From Acidovorax sp. (GTDB lineage: Bacteria > Pseudomonadota > Gammaproteobacteria > Burkholderiales > Burkholderiaceae_C), in the NCBI RefSeq assembly GCF_046314175.1, contig NZ_JBKBXG010000018.1, positions 852-64,851 on the forward strand: a stretch of DNA of 64,000 bases. Reading direction: 5' to 3'. How positions within the stretch are numbered: position 1 is the first letter of the stretch; the number at the start of each line of letters is the position of its first letter. A program made the translations under genes and the position numbers. Shown here piece by piece: positions 11,038 to 20,885 of this stretch. Below the pieces are notes generated by a model that was not told the origin of the DNA, did no database searches, and was given only the letters and a program-made list of their open reading frames with translations.

Positions 11038-12738
11038 CTAAGTCTCCACACACACCCGGTTGCGCCCTTGGCCCTTGGCTTCGTACAGCGCGGCGTCACC
11101 CCTGCGCAGGATGTCGTTGCCGTTGTCTTGCAGGCCGCGCATGCTGGCTACGCCAGCGCTCACCGTGATGGCGCCCACAACGGGGTCTTGCTGCGCGGCC
11201 ATCGCCGTGACCAGTGCTTGGGCTATGGCCTGGGCCCCCGCCAGGTCCGTGTCAGGCAGCAGCACCACAAATTCCTCGCCGCCCAGGCGGGCCACGACGT
11301 CTGATCCGCGCAGGCGTTGTTCGAGCGTGCGCGCAAGCCGCCGCAGCACTTCGTCACCCGCTTCATGGCCAAAAGTGTCGTTGACGCGCTTGAAGTGGTC
11401 CACGTCCACGGTGATGAGGCTCAACGGCCTGCCGCTGCGGCGGGCCATCGCCAGGCTAAACGCCATCTGGGTGTCGAACCCGCGGCGGTTGAGCAGGCCG
11501 GTCAGCGCGTCGGTGCGGGCCTGCAGGTCCAGCGCCCGGTTGGCTGTTTCCAGCTCCAGCGTGCGCAGGCGGACTGTTTCTTCCATGGCCTCGCGGGCCG
11601 CAAGCAGTCGGTGCGTCATGCTGCCCAGCGCCACAGACAGTTTCGCCACTTCGAGATTGCTGTGCACGGCCGGGATGTCGGCACCGGGCTTTCCAGCCTC
11701 TACTGCGCTGGCGGCTTCGGCCAATGCGTCCAGGTCATCGCTCAGCCTGCGCGCGGCCATCCATGCCAGGGCGGACGCCAGCAGGGCAGCTATCAGCCCT
11801 ATCGCCAGCGACATGTGCACCGTGCGATTGGCCTCCGCAAACGCCAGCTCCACCGGCTGGCGCGCCACGATGCGCCATCCCAGGTCGCTGGCAGCGTTGC
11901 GCGGCTGCAGCTGGGTGGCTGCGGTCAGGTAGCGCTGCTCGTCCTGCCAGCGCACCACGGCGGTGTTGATTCGCCCGCCATCTCGGTTGTTGTTGATGTT
12001 GACGCCTTCGGGTAGCCGCTGACCAGTGGCCTGCAGCGTGCGCGCTTGGCCGCTGGGCGCAAGGATGAGCGCGCCCGCACGGTCAAAGATGAAAAGTTCG
12101 ACCGCGCTCTCGTCCGACCGGGGCGGCGTCAGGCTTTCGAGCACCTCCCGCGTCCATTCCCAGCTGCCATGAATACCCAGCACACCCACGGTGGTGGGGC
12201 CCACGCGGATCGGTGCGGCAAAGTCCACAAACCGGTAGGGTTCGCCGGATGCCAGGGGCGGCAGCAACTTTTCCAGCAGGGCGGCGGGGTGTACGTCGCC
12301 CACATGCACCTGCTCCATGCCCGCCTTGAACCAGGGGCGTTCCGCCACGCTGTGCCCCACCAGCATACCGTTGGTGGCCGAGCGCACGATGCCTTGGGCG
12401 TCTGCCACGCCAATCCATAGGCTGGTGGGATGCATGGCTTGGGCGCGCGCCAGCAGGTAGCGGGCTTCGGGGGTGTCGAGTCCCTTGGCCCACACCTGGG
12501 TGGAGTCGGCCAGTACCTCGGCTTCGAGGCTGCGTTCCATGAGCCCGTTAGCCAGAAGTTTGCCGGCGTTTTCAGCGACGACCTGCAGCGACGTGCCCGC
12601 ATCGCGCTGAAGACGGTGCTTGAACAGCTCTCCGAAGGCCAGTGACAGCAGCACCGAGAGCGTCACCACCAGCGTGCCGAAGACCAGGGCAATCTGCATG
12701 CGCAGACCCCGGTCGGAGAAGCGGGCAAACAGATTCAT
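11038..12738 (-). CDS. Sensor (Cache-like)-HAMP-GGDEF diguanylate cyclase
   Basis: Two TMs; TDALTGLLNRR, DVDHFKRVNDTFGH, RGSD I-site and GGEEF. Confidence 0.92.
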   Translation of the reverse strand: MNLFARFSDRGLRMQIALVFGTLVVTLSVLLSLAFGELFKHRLQRDAGTSLQVVAENAGKLLANGLMERSLEAEVLADSTQVWAKGLDTPEARYLLARAQAMHPTSLWIGVADAQGIVRSATNGMLVGHSVAERPWFKAGMEQVHVGDVHPAALLEKLLPPLASGEPYRFVDFAAPIRVGPTTVGVLGIHGSWEWTREVLESLTPPRSDESAVELFIFDRAGALILAPSGQARTLQATGQRLPEGVNINNNRDGGRINTAVVRWQDEQRYLTAATQLQPRNAASDLGWRIVARQPVELAFAEANRTVHMSLAIGLIAALLASALAWMAARRLSDDLDALAEAASAVEAGKPGADIPAVHSNLEVAKLSVALGSMTHRLLAAREAMEETVRLRTLELETANRALDLQARTDALTGLLNRRGFDTQMAFSLAMARRSGRPLSLITVDVDHFKRVNDTFGHEAGDEVLRRLARTLEQRLRGSDVVARLGGEEFVVLLPDTDLAGAQAIAQALVTAMAAQQDPVVGAITVSAGVASMRGLQDNGNDILRRGDAALYEAKGQGRNRVCVET

Positions 12739-13685
12739 GGGTGCTCCCGCTGTGTGACGGCTTGCATCGCCAGCCGCGCCGCTGCCAGGTCCCACCCGGC
12801 CCAGCCGCAGCTTTTGAAAAGCACGGGCCCCGTGCTCGCTGTGAATGGGCCGCGAACCACATCGCGCAACGTGGGGATGGCCGCCACGTCAAGGCCCGCC
12901 TGCAGCAGATCGCCCGCCTCATGGCTGGCGTCCTCGGTGTCCACCACGATGTGCCCGTGCTGGGCCATGTGCAGGCATAGCGACGGCGAAAGCTCTGCCA
13001 TGGTCGGCGTAAAAGCGCCGACCGCTGCAATAAAGGCATCGGGCCGTGGCGTGGCGGTCAGCACCACGGCGTGAGCGGGGGTGCAGGTTGCCACCAGCGG
13101 GCAGTGGGGCAGCGCGGCGTCTGCATCGGTGACCACCCGGGCGGTGGCGCCCATTGCGCGCACCTGCTGCGCCAGCAGTTCGGCGCTGCCCGCGCTGCGC
13201 GAGGCGATCCACACCTCTCGCACGCCCAGCCCTTCGATAAAAGCCTGCGCATGCGCCTGCCCCTGCACGCCTGCGCCCACCACCAGCAGCGGACCTTGCT
13301 GCACGGGTGCCATCAGCCGCGCCGCCAGCAACGACACGGCAGCGGTGCGGCGCGCGGTGACAGTGGGTCCGTCCAGCACCAGGCGGCGCTCGCCCGTGGC
13401 GATGTCAAAAATCACCACGTCGCCTTGGATGGAGGCGCGTCCGGTGCTTGCGTTGGCGGGCGTCAGCGTGATGAGCTTGGTCATCGCAACGCGGCTGTCG
13501 GTGGCGGGCATCACAAACAGGCTGCCGCCCCGGGGCAGGGGCAGCACCGAGCGGGCAGGCACCGAAACAGTGCTGTCGTGCAGGAGCGCGGCGATTTCAT
13601 CGGCCAGCGGGCCCCAAGGCAGCCGCGCGGCGGTGGCCGCAGCGTCCAGCGTGCCAGCGGGTTCTGAAGTGGGGGCGGAAAGCAT
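12735..13685 (-). CDS. Ornithine cyclodeaminase/mu-crystallin family (pyrroline-2-carboxylate reductase-like)
   Basis: VTARRTAAVS, VGAGVQG, AVGAF, HEAGDL, FKSCGWAGWD. Confidence 0.88.
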   Translation of the reverse strand: MLSAPTSEPAGTLDAAATAARLPWGPLADEIAALLHDSTVSVPARSVLPLPRGGSLFVMPATDSRVAMTKLITLTPANASTGRASIQGDVVIFDIATGERRLVLDGPTVTARRTAAVSLLAARLMAPVQQGPLLVVGAGVQGQAHAQAFIEGLGVREVWIASRSAGSAELLAQQVRAMGATARVVTDADAALPHCPLVATCTPAHAVVLTATPRPDAFIAAVGAFTPTMAELSPSLCLHMAQHGHIVVDTEDASHEAGDLLQAGLDVAAIPTLRDVVRGPFTASTGPVLFKSCGWAGWDLAAARLAMQAVTQREHP

Positions 13686-13784
13686 GTGCCAACTCTACAC
13701 AGCGCGGGATGCCCCGAGAAGCGGACAAGCCCCCAGTAGGGGCCGGGGGAATGCCGTTTTCCGGATGCTCTGTGGGCCCATCAA

Positions 13785-14459
13785 TCAATATGTGGCACCC
13801 GCGCCCAGCGCAATGTCACTTTGCACCAGCATGGCCGTCCACAGTGCCGTGTGGATGCCGCGCACCATGTCGCGCAGTGGTAGGTGTGGCGTGCCCTGTG
13901 CGGGCAACCAGGGCACATGCACAAACCCGCCACGCGCGCCTGCCTGGCCGGTGCCGCGTGCGAGCATGTGCATCAGCCCATACAGCACGTGGTTGCAAAC
14001 AAAGGTGCCTGCAGTTTGCGACACCTCGCATGGCACGCCAGCACACAACGTGGCGCGCAGCATGGCCTTGATGGGCAGGGTCGAAAAGTACGCTGCGGGG
14101 CCGCCGGGCACCACGGGCGTGTCGATGGGCTGGTGCCCCCTGTTGTCGGCAATGCGTGCATCGTTGATGTTGATGCCAATGCGCTCCAGCGACAGTGCGG
14201 CTCGCCCACCCGCCTGGCCCAGGCACAGGGTCAGCGCGGGTTGGTGCGCCGCGACCAACGCCTGCAGGTGCTGCAGCGCCTCATCAAACACGGTGGGCAG
14301 TTGGGCAGCTATCACCACATGGCCTGCAATGCGCTGGCCGTGGAGTGCTTGCGCAATGAGCCAGCTGGGGTTCTGCATGTCGCCGCCAAAGGGGTCGAAG
14401 CCGGTGAGCAGAATCACCCGCTTTGCAGCGGGCGAGAAACGGGAGGCATCGTTGAGCAT
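13785..14459 (-). CDS. pcp: Pyroglutamyl-peptidase I
   Basis: [16 protein letters not shown]...ERIGIN, AGTFVCN (catalytic Cys), GFVHVP. Confidence 0.93.
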   Translation of the reverse strand: MLNDASRFSPAAKRVILLTGFDPFGGDMQNPSWLIAQALHGQRIAGHVVIAAQLPTVFDEALQHLQALVAAHQPALTLCLGQAGGRAALSLERIGININDARIADNRGHQPIDTPVVPGGPAAYFSTLPIKAMLRATLCAGVPCEVSQTAGTFVCNHVLYGLMHMLARGTGQAGARGGFVHVPWLPAQGTPHLPLRDMVRGIHTALWTAMLVQSDIALGAGATY

Positions 14460-14599
14460 GGCGAGAAAAGTCCGTTGACAGGGATGGCGCATGGGCGTGC
14501 GCATCCGGCAGCATGGTAGCGGCTGTGCCTCCCGGCCCCCGTTCGGCGCGTAACATGCTGCCCATTCCCTCCACCTCTGGAGCGAGCGGGAGAACCGGT

Positions 14600-15478
14600 A
14601 TGAAATGGGAAGGCAATCGCGAATCGGACAACGTGGAAGATCGCCGCAGCGGTGGCGGTGGGGGCGGGTCCCCGATCTTTGGCGGGCGCAGCATTGGTAT
14701 TGGCACCATCGTGATTGCGCTGGTCGGTGGCTGGGTGCTGGGTATCAATCCGTTAACTATCCTGGGCCTGCTGAGCGGCGGCGGGCCCCCTGCGCAGGTG
14801 CAGTCGCAAGGCCCGGCGCAGCGCCCGCCTGCCGACGACACCATGGCCCGGTTTGTCTCCACCGTGCTGGCCGATACCGAAGACGTGTGGAAGGCGGTGT
14901 TCCGCGAGGGCGGTGGCACGTACCAGGAGCCCCGTCTGGTGCTGTTTCGGGGCTCCACGCCCACGGCCTGCGGCACAGGCCAGGCCGCCATGGGGCCGTT
15001 TTACTGCCCGGCAGACCAGAAGGTCTACATCGACCTCGGCTTTTATGAAACCCTGAAGAACCGCCTGGGTGCGCCCGGCGACTTTGCGCAGGCCTATGTG
15101 ATTGCGCATGAGGTGGGTCACCATGTGCAGAACCAGCTGGGTATCAGCGGCAAGGTCGACGAGATGCGTGGCCGGGTGAGCAAGGTGGAATACAACGCAC
15201 TGTCGGTGCGGCTGGAACTGCAGGCCGACTGTTTTGCCGGGGTGTGGGCCCACCACGCCCAAAGCGCGCGCCAGATACTGGAGAAAGGCGACGTTGAAGA
15301 GGCCATGAACGCAGCCGCCAAGATTGGCGACGATGCCCTGCAGCGCGCTGGGGGTGGCGCCGTGGTGCCGGACAGTTTCACCCATGGCACCAGTGCGCAG
15401 CGCCAGCGCTGGTTCAACAACGGGTTGCAGAACGGGAGCGTGAAGGGGTGCGATACCTTCGCGGCCCGCAGCGTGTAG
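14600..15478 (+). CDS. YpfJ-like neutral zinc metallopeptidase
   Basis: [39 protein letters not shown]. Confidence 0.92.
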   Translation: MKWEGNRESDNVEDRRSGGGGGGSPIFGGRSIGIGTIVIALVGGWVLGINPLTILGLLSGGGPPAQVQSQGPAQRPPADDTMARFVSTVLADTEDVWKAVFREGGGTYQEPRLVLFRGSTPTACGTGQAAMGPFYCPADQKVYIDLGFYETLKNRLGAPGDFAQAYVIAHEVGHHVQNQLGISGKVDEMRGRVSKVEYNALSVRLELQADCFAGVWAHHAQSARQILEKGDVEEAMNAAAKIGDDALQRAGGGAVVPDSFTHGTSAQRQRWFNNGLQNGSVKGCDTFAARSV

Positions 15479-15648
15479 CTGCTGCTGCGTTGGTCGGAGG
15501 CGCGCAAGATACCAAGTCATTTGCGCTGCACCCGGTTTCACTGGCTTTAGCGCTCCTGACGGCGCGCTCCCTCTAATGAATACCCTCGCCCAGATCGGGG
15601 CGAGGCGTTTTGCCTTTACCACCCGTCAGCTGCGCGCGGTGCTGAATT

Positions 15649-15714
15649 AAATTGTGATGAAAATGGGCTGTAACGCTTTACAGATAAGCGCTAAAAGCTA
15701 TAAAAATAATAGCT
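15649..15714 (-). repeat. Dispersed ~66-bp repeat, copy 3
   Basis: + strand AACGC-tttacagataa-GCGCT-aaaa-GCTA-taaaaataa-TAGC. Confidence 0.82.
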
Positions 15715-15821
15715 TTTGTTGTGGATGTACCGCCAAGTGTTGACCCATGTGGTCCCTGTTTTCTGCGTTTCGATTGCGAAAAATCGCTTTTTTGGCCACC
15801 GGTGCGACAATAGAAGGCTAA

Positions 15822-17327
15822 ATGACAAGTTCCTTTTCCAATCTATCGCTGGCCGAGCCGCTGGCGCGCGCCGTAGCCGAAATGGGCTACGAGTCCATGA
15901 CACCCATCCAGGAGCAGGCCATTCCGGTGGTCCTGACTGGCCAGGACGTGATGGGCGCAGCCCAGACGGGCACGGGTAAAACGGCGGCGTTCTCGCTGCC
16001 TTTGCTGCAGCGGCTGCTCAAGCACGAAAGCAGCTCCACCTCTCCCGCCCGCCACCCTGTGCGCGCCCTGGTACTGCTGCCCACGCGTGAGCTGGCGGAC
16101 CAGGTGGCCCAGCAAATCGCGCTGTATGCCAAGTACACCAAGCTGCGCAGCACCGTGGTGTTTGGCGGCATGGACATGAAGCCCCAAACCATCGAGCTGA
16201 AAAAAGGCGTCGAAGTGTTGGTGGCCACGCCGGGACGCTTGCTGGACCACATCGAAGCCAAGAACGCGGTGCTCAACCAGGTCGAATACGTGGTGCTCGA
16301 CGAGGCGGACCGCATGCTGGACATCGGCTTCCTGCCCGATCTGCAGCGCATCCTGTCGTACCTGCCCAAGCAGCGCACCACACTGTTGTTCAGCGCTACG
16401 TTCTCGCCTGAGATCAAGCGCCTAGCCAGCAGCTACCTGCAAAACCCCGTCACCATCGAGGTGGCCCGGCCGAACGAAACGGCCTCCACCGTGGAGCAGC
16501 GCTTTTACAGCGCCAACGACGACGACAAGCGCCGCGCCATCCACCAGGTTCTGAAGACCCGGGGTATCAAGCAGGCCTTCATCTTTGTCAACAGCAAGCT
16601 CGGTTGTGCCCGTTTGGCGCGCAGCCTGGAGCGCGAAGGCCTCAAGACCACCGCGCTGCATGGCGACAAGAGCCAGGACGAACGCCTGAAGGCGCTCGAA
16701 GCGTTCAAGAGCGGCGAAGTCGACCTGCTGGTGTGTACCGATGTGGCCGCACGCGGCCTGGACATCAAGGACGTACCTGCCGTGTTCAATTTCGACGTGC
16801 CGTTCAACGCCGAAGACTACGTGCACCGCATTGGCCGCACCGGCCGCGCGGGGGCGTCGGGTCTGGCGGTCACGCTGGTGTCGGGCAGCGATGCCCGTCT
16901 GGTGGCCGACATCGAGAAGTTGATCAAGAAAAAGATCGAACTCGAAGCCGTTGAGTACGAAGAAGACCAGCCAAACATTCGCAATCAGGGCCGCATCAAC
17001 GATGGCCGCCGCGCCTGGCGCGAAGCGGGCGAAACCGGTGACGGGCGCGATGCCATCTCGGCACCCCCGCGCCGCGAGCGCGAACCGCGTCCCTTGGGCC
17101 GCGAACCCCGCGAGCCGCGTGAACAGCACCGTGGGTTTCGCCCCGCAGTGGCCTCCCGCGACCCGTTCTTTGAAAAGCCGTACGAAGCCAGCGCAGCCCC
17201 CGACGCCGCACCCGCCTGGGAATCTGCCAAGTCGGCGCAGCGCAGCAGCATCTCGGCCAACATCAAGCCCAAGCGCAAGGTGGCCGCACTGTTCAAGGCC
17301 GTTCAGCCTGAGACTTCCATCCAATAA
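15822..17327 (+). CDS. DEAD-box RNA helicase (RhlE-like)
   Basis: AQTGTGKT, PTRELA, TPGRL, DEAD, SAT, ARGLD, HRIGRTGRAG. Confidence 0.96.
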   Translation: MTSSFSNLSLAEPLARAVAEMGYESMTPIQEQAIPVVLTGQDVMGAAQTGTGKTAAFSLPLLQRLLKHESSSTSPARHPVRALVLLPTRELADQVAQQIALYAKYTKLRSTVVFGGMDMKPQTIELKKGVEVLVATPGRLLDHIEAKNAVLNQVEYVVLDEADRMLDIGFLPDLQRILSYLPKQRTTLLFSATFSPEIKRLASSYLQNPVTIEVARPNETASTVEQRFYSANDDDKRRAIHQVLKTRGIKQAFIFVNSKLGCARLARSLEREGLKTTALHGDKSQDERLKALEAFKSGEVDLLVCTDVAARGLDIKDVPAVFNFDVPFNAEDYVHRIGRTGRAGASGLAVTLVSGSDARLVADIEKLIKKKIELEAVEYEEDQPNIRNQGRINDGRRAWREAGETGDGRDAISAPPRREREPRPLGREPREPREQHRGFRPAVASRDPFFEKPYEASAAPDAAPAWESAKSAQRSSISANIKPKRKVAALFKAVQPETSIQ

Positions 17328-17390
17328 TTGTGGTCAAAATGGCTGCTAGCGCTTGATGGTAAAGCGCTGACAGCTATATAAAGAATAGCG
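17325..17390 (-). repeat. Dispersed ~66-bp repeat, copy 4
   Basis: + strand AGCGC-ttgatggtaaa-GCGCT-gaca-GCTA-tataaagaa-TAGC. Confidence 0.88.
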
Positions 17391-17412
17391 GCCCAAAGGC
17401 CGCTATTTTTTT
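17384..17412 (+). terminator. Rho-independent terminator between convergent helicase and apaH
   Basis: AATAGCGGCC-caaa-GGCCGCTATT followed by TTTTT. Confidence 0.8.
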
Positions 17413-17423
17413 GCATTTGTTGT

Positions 17424-18269
17424 TTAGTTGCCGGGCTGCTGCGCCTGCTCGCAGTGCACCTGCAGCAGCTCCCGGTCTGACAGCGTCGCGCCAAAGTGCA
17501 CTGCGCTCAGGCAACCTCCCCACACACACCCGGTGTCCAGCCCCAGCAGGTCGCTGTGGTTGAGCCAGCCCAGCGTGGACCAATGGCCAAACGCGACCAG
17601 CGTGCCCGCGGTTTGGCGCCCTGGCACGTCAAACCACGGCATCAGGCCAGGGGGCGCGGCGCTTGCGCTTTCGGTGCTTTCAAAGTCCATCACCCCGTTG
17701 GCCGAGCAAAACCGCAATCGAGTCAGCGCATTCACGATCACGCGCAGGCGGTCGGTGCCGGTGAGCTGGTCGCTCCACTGGTCAGGCGTGTTGCCGTACA
17801 TCGCGTGCAAAAAAGCTGGCAGATCGGCGCTGCGCAGCACGGTGTGCACCTCCTGCGCGCGGGCCAATGTGTCGGCGGCCGACCACGCGGGCAACACCCC
17901 TGCGTGCACCATCAGCAGCGCTTGCCCAGCGTGCTCGTGCACGCGCGCCAGCGGCTGCTGGCGCACCCAGTCGAGCAGGGCATCGCGGTCAGGCGCGTCC
18001 AGCACCGTGCCCAGGGTGTCGCGGCGCGATGGCTTGCGGGCGCCATGGGCGGCCGCCAGCAGGTGAAGGTCGTGGTTGCCCAGCAAGCAGCGCAGGGCGT
18101 CGCCGTGGGCCATGCAGCGGCGCAATACGGCGGCCGAGTCGGGGCCTCGGTTCACCAGGTCGCCCAGCAGGTACACGGTGTCCCGGCTGGATGAAAAACC
18201 GATCACGTCCAGCAGGCGGCCCAGCGCTGAGTCGCAGCCCTGGATATCGCCAATACAGTAAAGAGCCAT
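17424..18269 (-). CDS. apaH: Symmetrical bis(5'-nucleosyl)-tetraphosphatase
   Basis: IGDIQGC, GDLVNRGP, LGNHD, VHAG, FGHWS, LDTGCVWG. Confidence 0.95.
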   Translation of the reverse strand: MALYCIGDIQGCDSALGRLLDVIGFSSSRDTVYLLGDLVNRGPDSAAVLRRCMAHGDALRCLLGNHDLHLLAAAHGARKPSRRDTLGTVLDAPDRDALLDWVRQQPLARVHEHAGQALLMVHAGVLPAWSAADTLARAQEVHTVLRSADLPAFLHAMYGNTPDQWSDQLTGTDRLRVIVNALTRLRFCSANGVMDFESTESASAAPPGLMPWFDVPGRQTAGTLVAFGHWSTLGWLNHSDLLGLDTGCVWGGCLSAVHFGATLSDRELLQVHCEQAQQPGN

Positions 18270-18743
18270 GGTGTGTGTGAAAAGGAAGGAAGCGTGGATT
18301 TTCAGCGTATTGCGCTGCGGCCGTGGCTTTCGGGTGCTTTGGTCTCAGTGAACGTGAGAACCGACCCGCAGCGGAACACTTTGCTTTTTCATGCAGCTTG
18401 GCCCCGCTATAACCGGCGCGCACCATTTTGACGACAGAAAATGGAGTTTTGCCCACTGTTGCGCAATGAATGGAGTGCTGGCGCCAGATATTTACCCTGT
18501 GGAAATCGCAAAAGTTGCATAGAACAATGACGGCTCACAACGTGGTGCCCACACCATTCCATGGAACGCCTGCTGGCAAAGCGTCTCAATACCCAGCGTT
18601 ACCAGGGGGGCAGATTGAACCGTTCAATATGATGGTCAGGGAAGTAATCATTTTTTTATGAGAATTGTCCTGTCTTGCACAAATCCGGCGCAATATTTAT
18701 ATAATTCTTCAGTCGTCCACCTCACAACCTCTACCTAGATACT

Positions 18744-19046
18744 ATGACCAGCTATAAAGAACTGTTGAAGCAGCGCGAAGCCCTTGAGCAACAAATCAGT
18801 GAAGCCCGCCGCCGCGAATTGTCGGACGCCGTGGCCCAGGTTCGTACGCTGGTCGCAGAGCACGGTCTGACGGCCCAGGACGTGTTTCCTTCGGGCAAGG
18901 CCGCAGGCAAGGTGGGCCGCAGCTCCACAGCCGGCACCAAGGTGGCTCCCAAATACCGTGACCCCGCCACCGGCCAGACCTGGACCGGCCGCGGCAAGGC
19001 ACCTAAGTGGATTCAAAACCAGGACCGCGCACAGTTTGCGATTTGA
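18744..19046 (+). CDS. hns: H-NS family nucleoid-associated protein
   Basis: N-terminal coiled coil; KVAPKYRDPATGQTWTGRGKAPKWI. Confidence 0.92.
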   Translation: MTSYKELLKQREALEQQISEARRRELSDAVAQVRTLVAEHGLTAQDVFPSGKAAGKVGRSSTAGTKVAPKYRDPATGQTWTGRGKAPKWIQNQDRAQFAI

Positions 19047-19065
19047 GCCTGTTTTGCTCCCCAGC

Positions 19066-19093
19066 AAAAAGCCCGCTTCAGCGGGCTTTTTTT
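19066..19093. terminator. Bidirectional Rho-independent terminator
   Basis: AAAAAGCCCGC-ttca-GCGGGCTTTTTTT. Confidence 0.9.
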
Positions 19094-19246
19094 ATGGTGC
19101 GGGATTCGTTCGGCATTGGTGGTGCTGAACGGGGTGTGCAGGGTATTTTGCAAGGCGATCCGATTTGCATCGGCTCTTGGTGGACTGCTTTGCATTCTTG
19201 ACGCGGACGCGCGACCCTGGCCGCGCTCAGATCCAGTCTGCGATTT

Positions 19247-20134
19247 TCAATCTTCAGAATGGTGCTGAGCCACGTCGCGCAATACCTTCGCCGTGAAATC
19301 ATCGGCCGGGAAAAACGACTCCACCGCCAGCTCCTGCAAGGTCACATCCACCGGCGTGCCGAATATGGTAGTGGTGCTGATCAACGACAGCATGCCATGC
19401 ACGCTTTCAAAGCAGAACGGCATTACCACGCCCAGCATTTCACCGACCAGTACCATGGGGCTGGACTCTTCAGTCGCGGGATATTGTTGTAACTCGGCCT
19501 GCAGCGCAATCAAAGCCGGGTCTGCCGTGGCCTGTATTTGCTGGCGCAGGCGTTCAAACAGGTGGGCCCGCCATTGGGCCAGGTTGGCAATGCGCGGGGC
19601 CAGGCCTTCGGGGTGCAGGCTGAGCCGGAACACGTTGACCGGCGGCGCCAGCAACGCGGGGCTGACATGGGCGGCCAGCAGGGCGTGCGCGGCGCGGTTC
19701 GTGGCCACCACGTTCCAGCAGCGGTCCAGGGCGATGGCGGGGCAGGGCTCATGGCCTTTGAGCACCAGCTCCACCGCCTGGCGCGCGGCGGCCAGCGCGG
19801 GGTCGTCCAGTGCACGTTCGCGGTACATGGGCGCGTAGCCGGCCGCCACCAGCAGCGCGTTGCGTTCACGCAGGGGCACAGCCAGGCGTTCGCACAGGCG
19901 CAGCACCATGTCGCGGCTGGGGTTGGTGCGGCCGGTTTCCATGAAGCTCACGTGGCGGGTGGAGATGTCTGCCTCGTCCGCCAGCTCCAGCTGGCTCAGG
20001 TGCCGCTGCTGGCGCCACGTGCGCAGGTGGTCGCCAAACGATGCGGGCGACCCCACCGCAGCCGTGCGGTGCGGCAGCGCGTGGCGCGAAGGGCGGTGCG
20101 AGGGGCTGGATGAGGAAGATGGCGTGGAGGTCAT
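19247..20134 (-). CDS. XRE-family HTH regulator with MmyB-like ligand-binding domain
   Basis: LSQLELA..ADISTRHVSFMETGR.NPSR; HEPCPA...WNVV; TTTIFGTPVDVTLQELAVESFFPAD. Confidence 0.88.
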   Translation of the reverse strand: MTSTPSSSSSPSHRPSRHALPHRTAAVGSPASFGDHLRTWRQQRHLSQLELADEADISTRHVSFMETGRTNPSRDMVLRLCERLAVPLRERNALLVAAGYAPMYRERALDDPALAAARQAVELVLKGHEPCPAIALDRCWNVVATNRAAHALLAAHVSPALLAPPVNVFRLSLHPEGLAPRIANLAQWRAHLFERLRQQIQATADPALIALQAELQQYPATEESSPMVLVGEMLGVVMPFCFESVHGMLSLISTTTIFGTPVDVTLQELAVESFFPADDFTAKVLRDVAQHHSED

Positions 20135-20244
20135 GCCCCGCATCCTAGGGGCAATGCGCGCGTCGGCCATTACCTGGCAGGTCATCGACGCGGTGCGCCG
20201 CAGCGGCAACGATGCAGCCTTCTTTCAACCCCAAGGAGCTTGCC

Positions 20245-20655
20245 ATGTTGATGAACCTGTTGTCCTCCCCCTCCACCCTGCGTGCCGTGGTCTGGTTTGA
20301 TGCCTCAACCGGGGTGTTGCTGGGTGCCTTGCATCTGCTGCTCACTGCATCGCTGGCTGAATGGTTGGGCCTGCCTGCAGGCCTGCTGACCGTGACCGGC
20401 GTGATGCTGCTGAGCTACGCCGCTCTGGCCATCACCATTGCCCGCGCCCCTGCGATGCCGCGCGGATTGTTGTGGGTGCTGATCACTTGCAACTTTGCCT
20501 GGGCGCTTGCCAGCCTGGCGTTGCTGCTGGGCAGTGCACTTGCCCCCACGCTGCTCGGCCAGGCGTATCTGGTGGTGCATGTGGTGTCGGTGGCTGTGCT
20601 GGCAGAACTGCAATGGATGGGTGTGCGGCGGCTGCCGGGGTTTGCGGTCGCGTAG
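20245..20655 (+). CDS. Small membrane protein, divergent from the XRE regulator
   Basis: About 4 hydrophobic segments; AAGGAG RBS. Confidence 0.75.
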   Translation: MLMNLLSSPSTLRAVVWFDASTGVLLGALHLLLTASLAEWLGLPAGLLTVTGVMLLSYAALAITIARAPAMPRGLLWVLITCNFAWALASLALLLGSALAPTLLGQAYLVVHVVSVAVLAELQWMGVRRLPGFAVA

Positions 20656-20678
20656 TGCGCGCAGTGTCGCCACTGAAC

Positions 20679-20744
20679 TGCTATCACATGCATAGCTGCC
20701 AGCGCTTTCCATTCAAGCGTTGGCGGCCATTTTGGTTTGAAATT
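20679..20744 (+). repeat. Dispersed ~66-bp repeat, copy 5
   Basis: GCTA-tcacatgca-TAGC-tgcc-AGCGC-tttccattcaa-GCGTT-ggcggccattttggtttgaaat. Confidence 0.88.
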
Positions 20745-20885
20745 GATCGCTATGGTGTGCACAAGTGGGGTAGGCGAATGTCATTGGCCAGGTGTGTGCT
20801 GCCGGGGTCCGCTGCATATCCCCACAATTGCGGCAACACGTGAGACTGCCAGAATGGGCCTTGTTGTCTTTTTCAGGAGTTCGCC

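Noticed and set aside
18270-18743. Long, relatively AT-rich apaH-hns intergenic region as an sRNA or small gene
   Set aside because: No convincing ORF, terminator or recognisable RNA motif; consistent with promoter DNA
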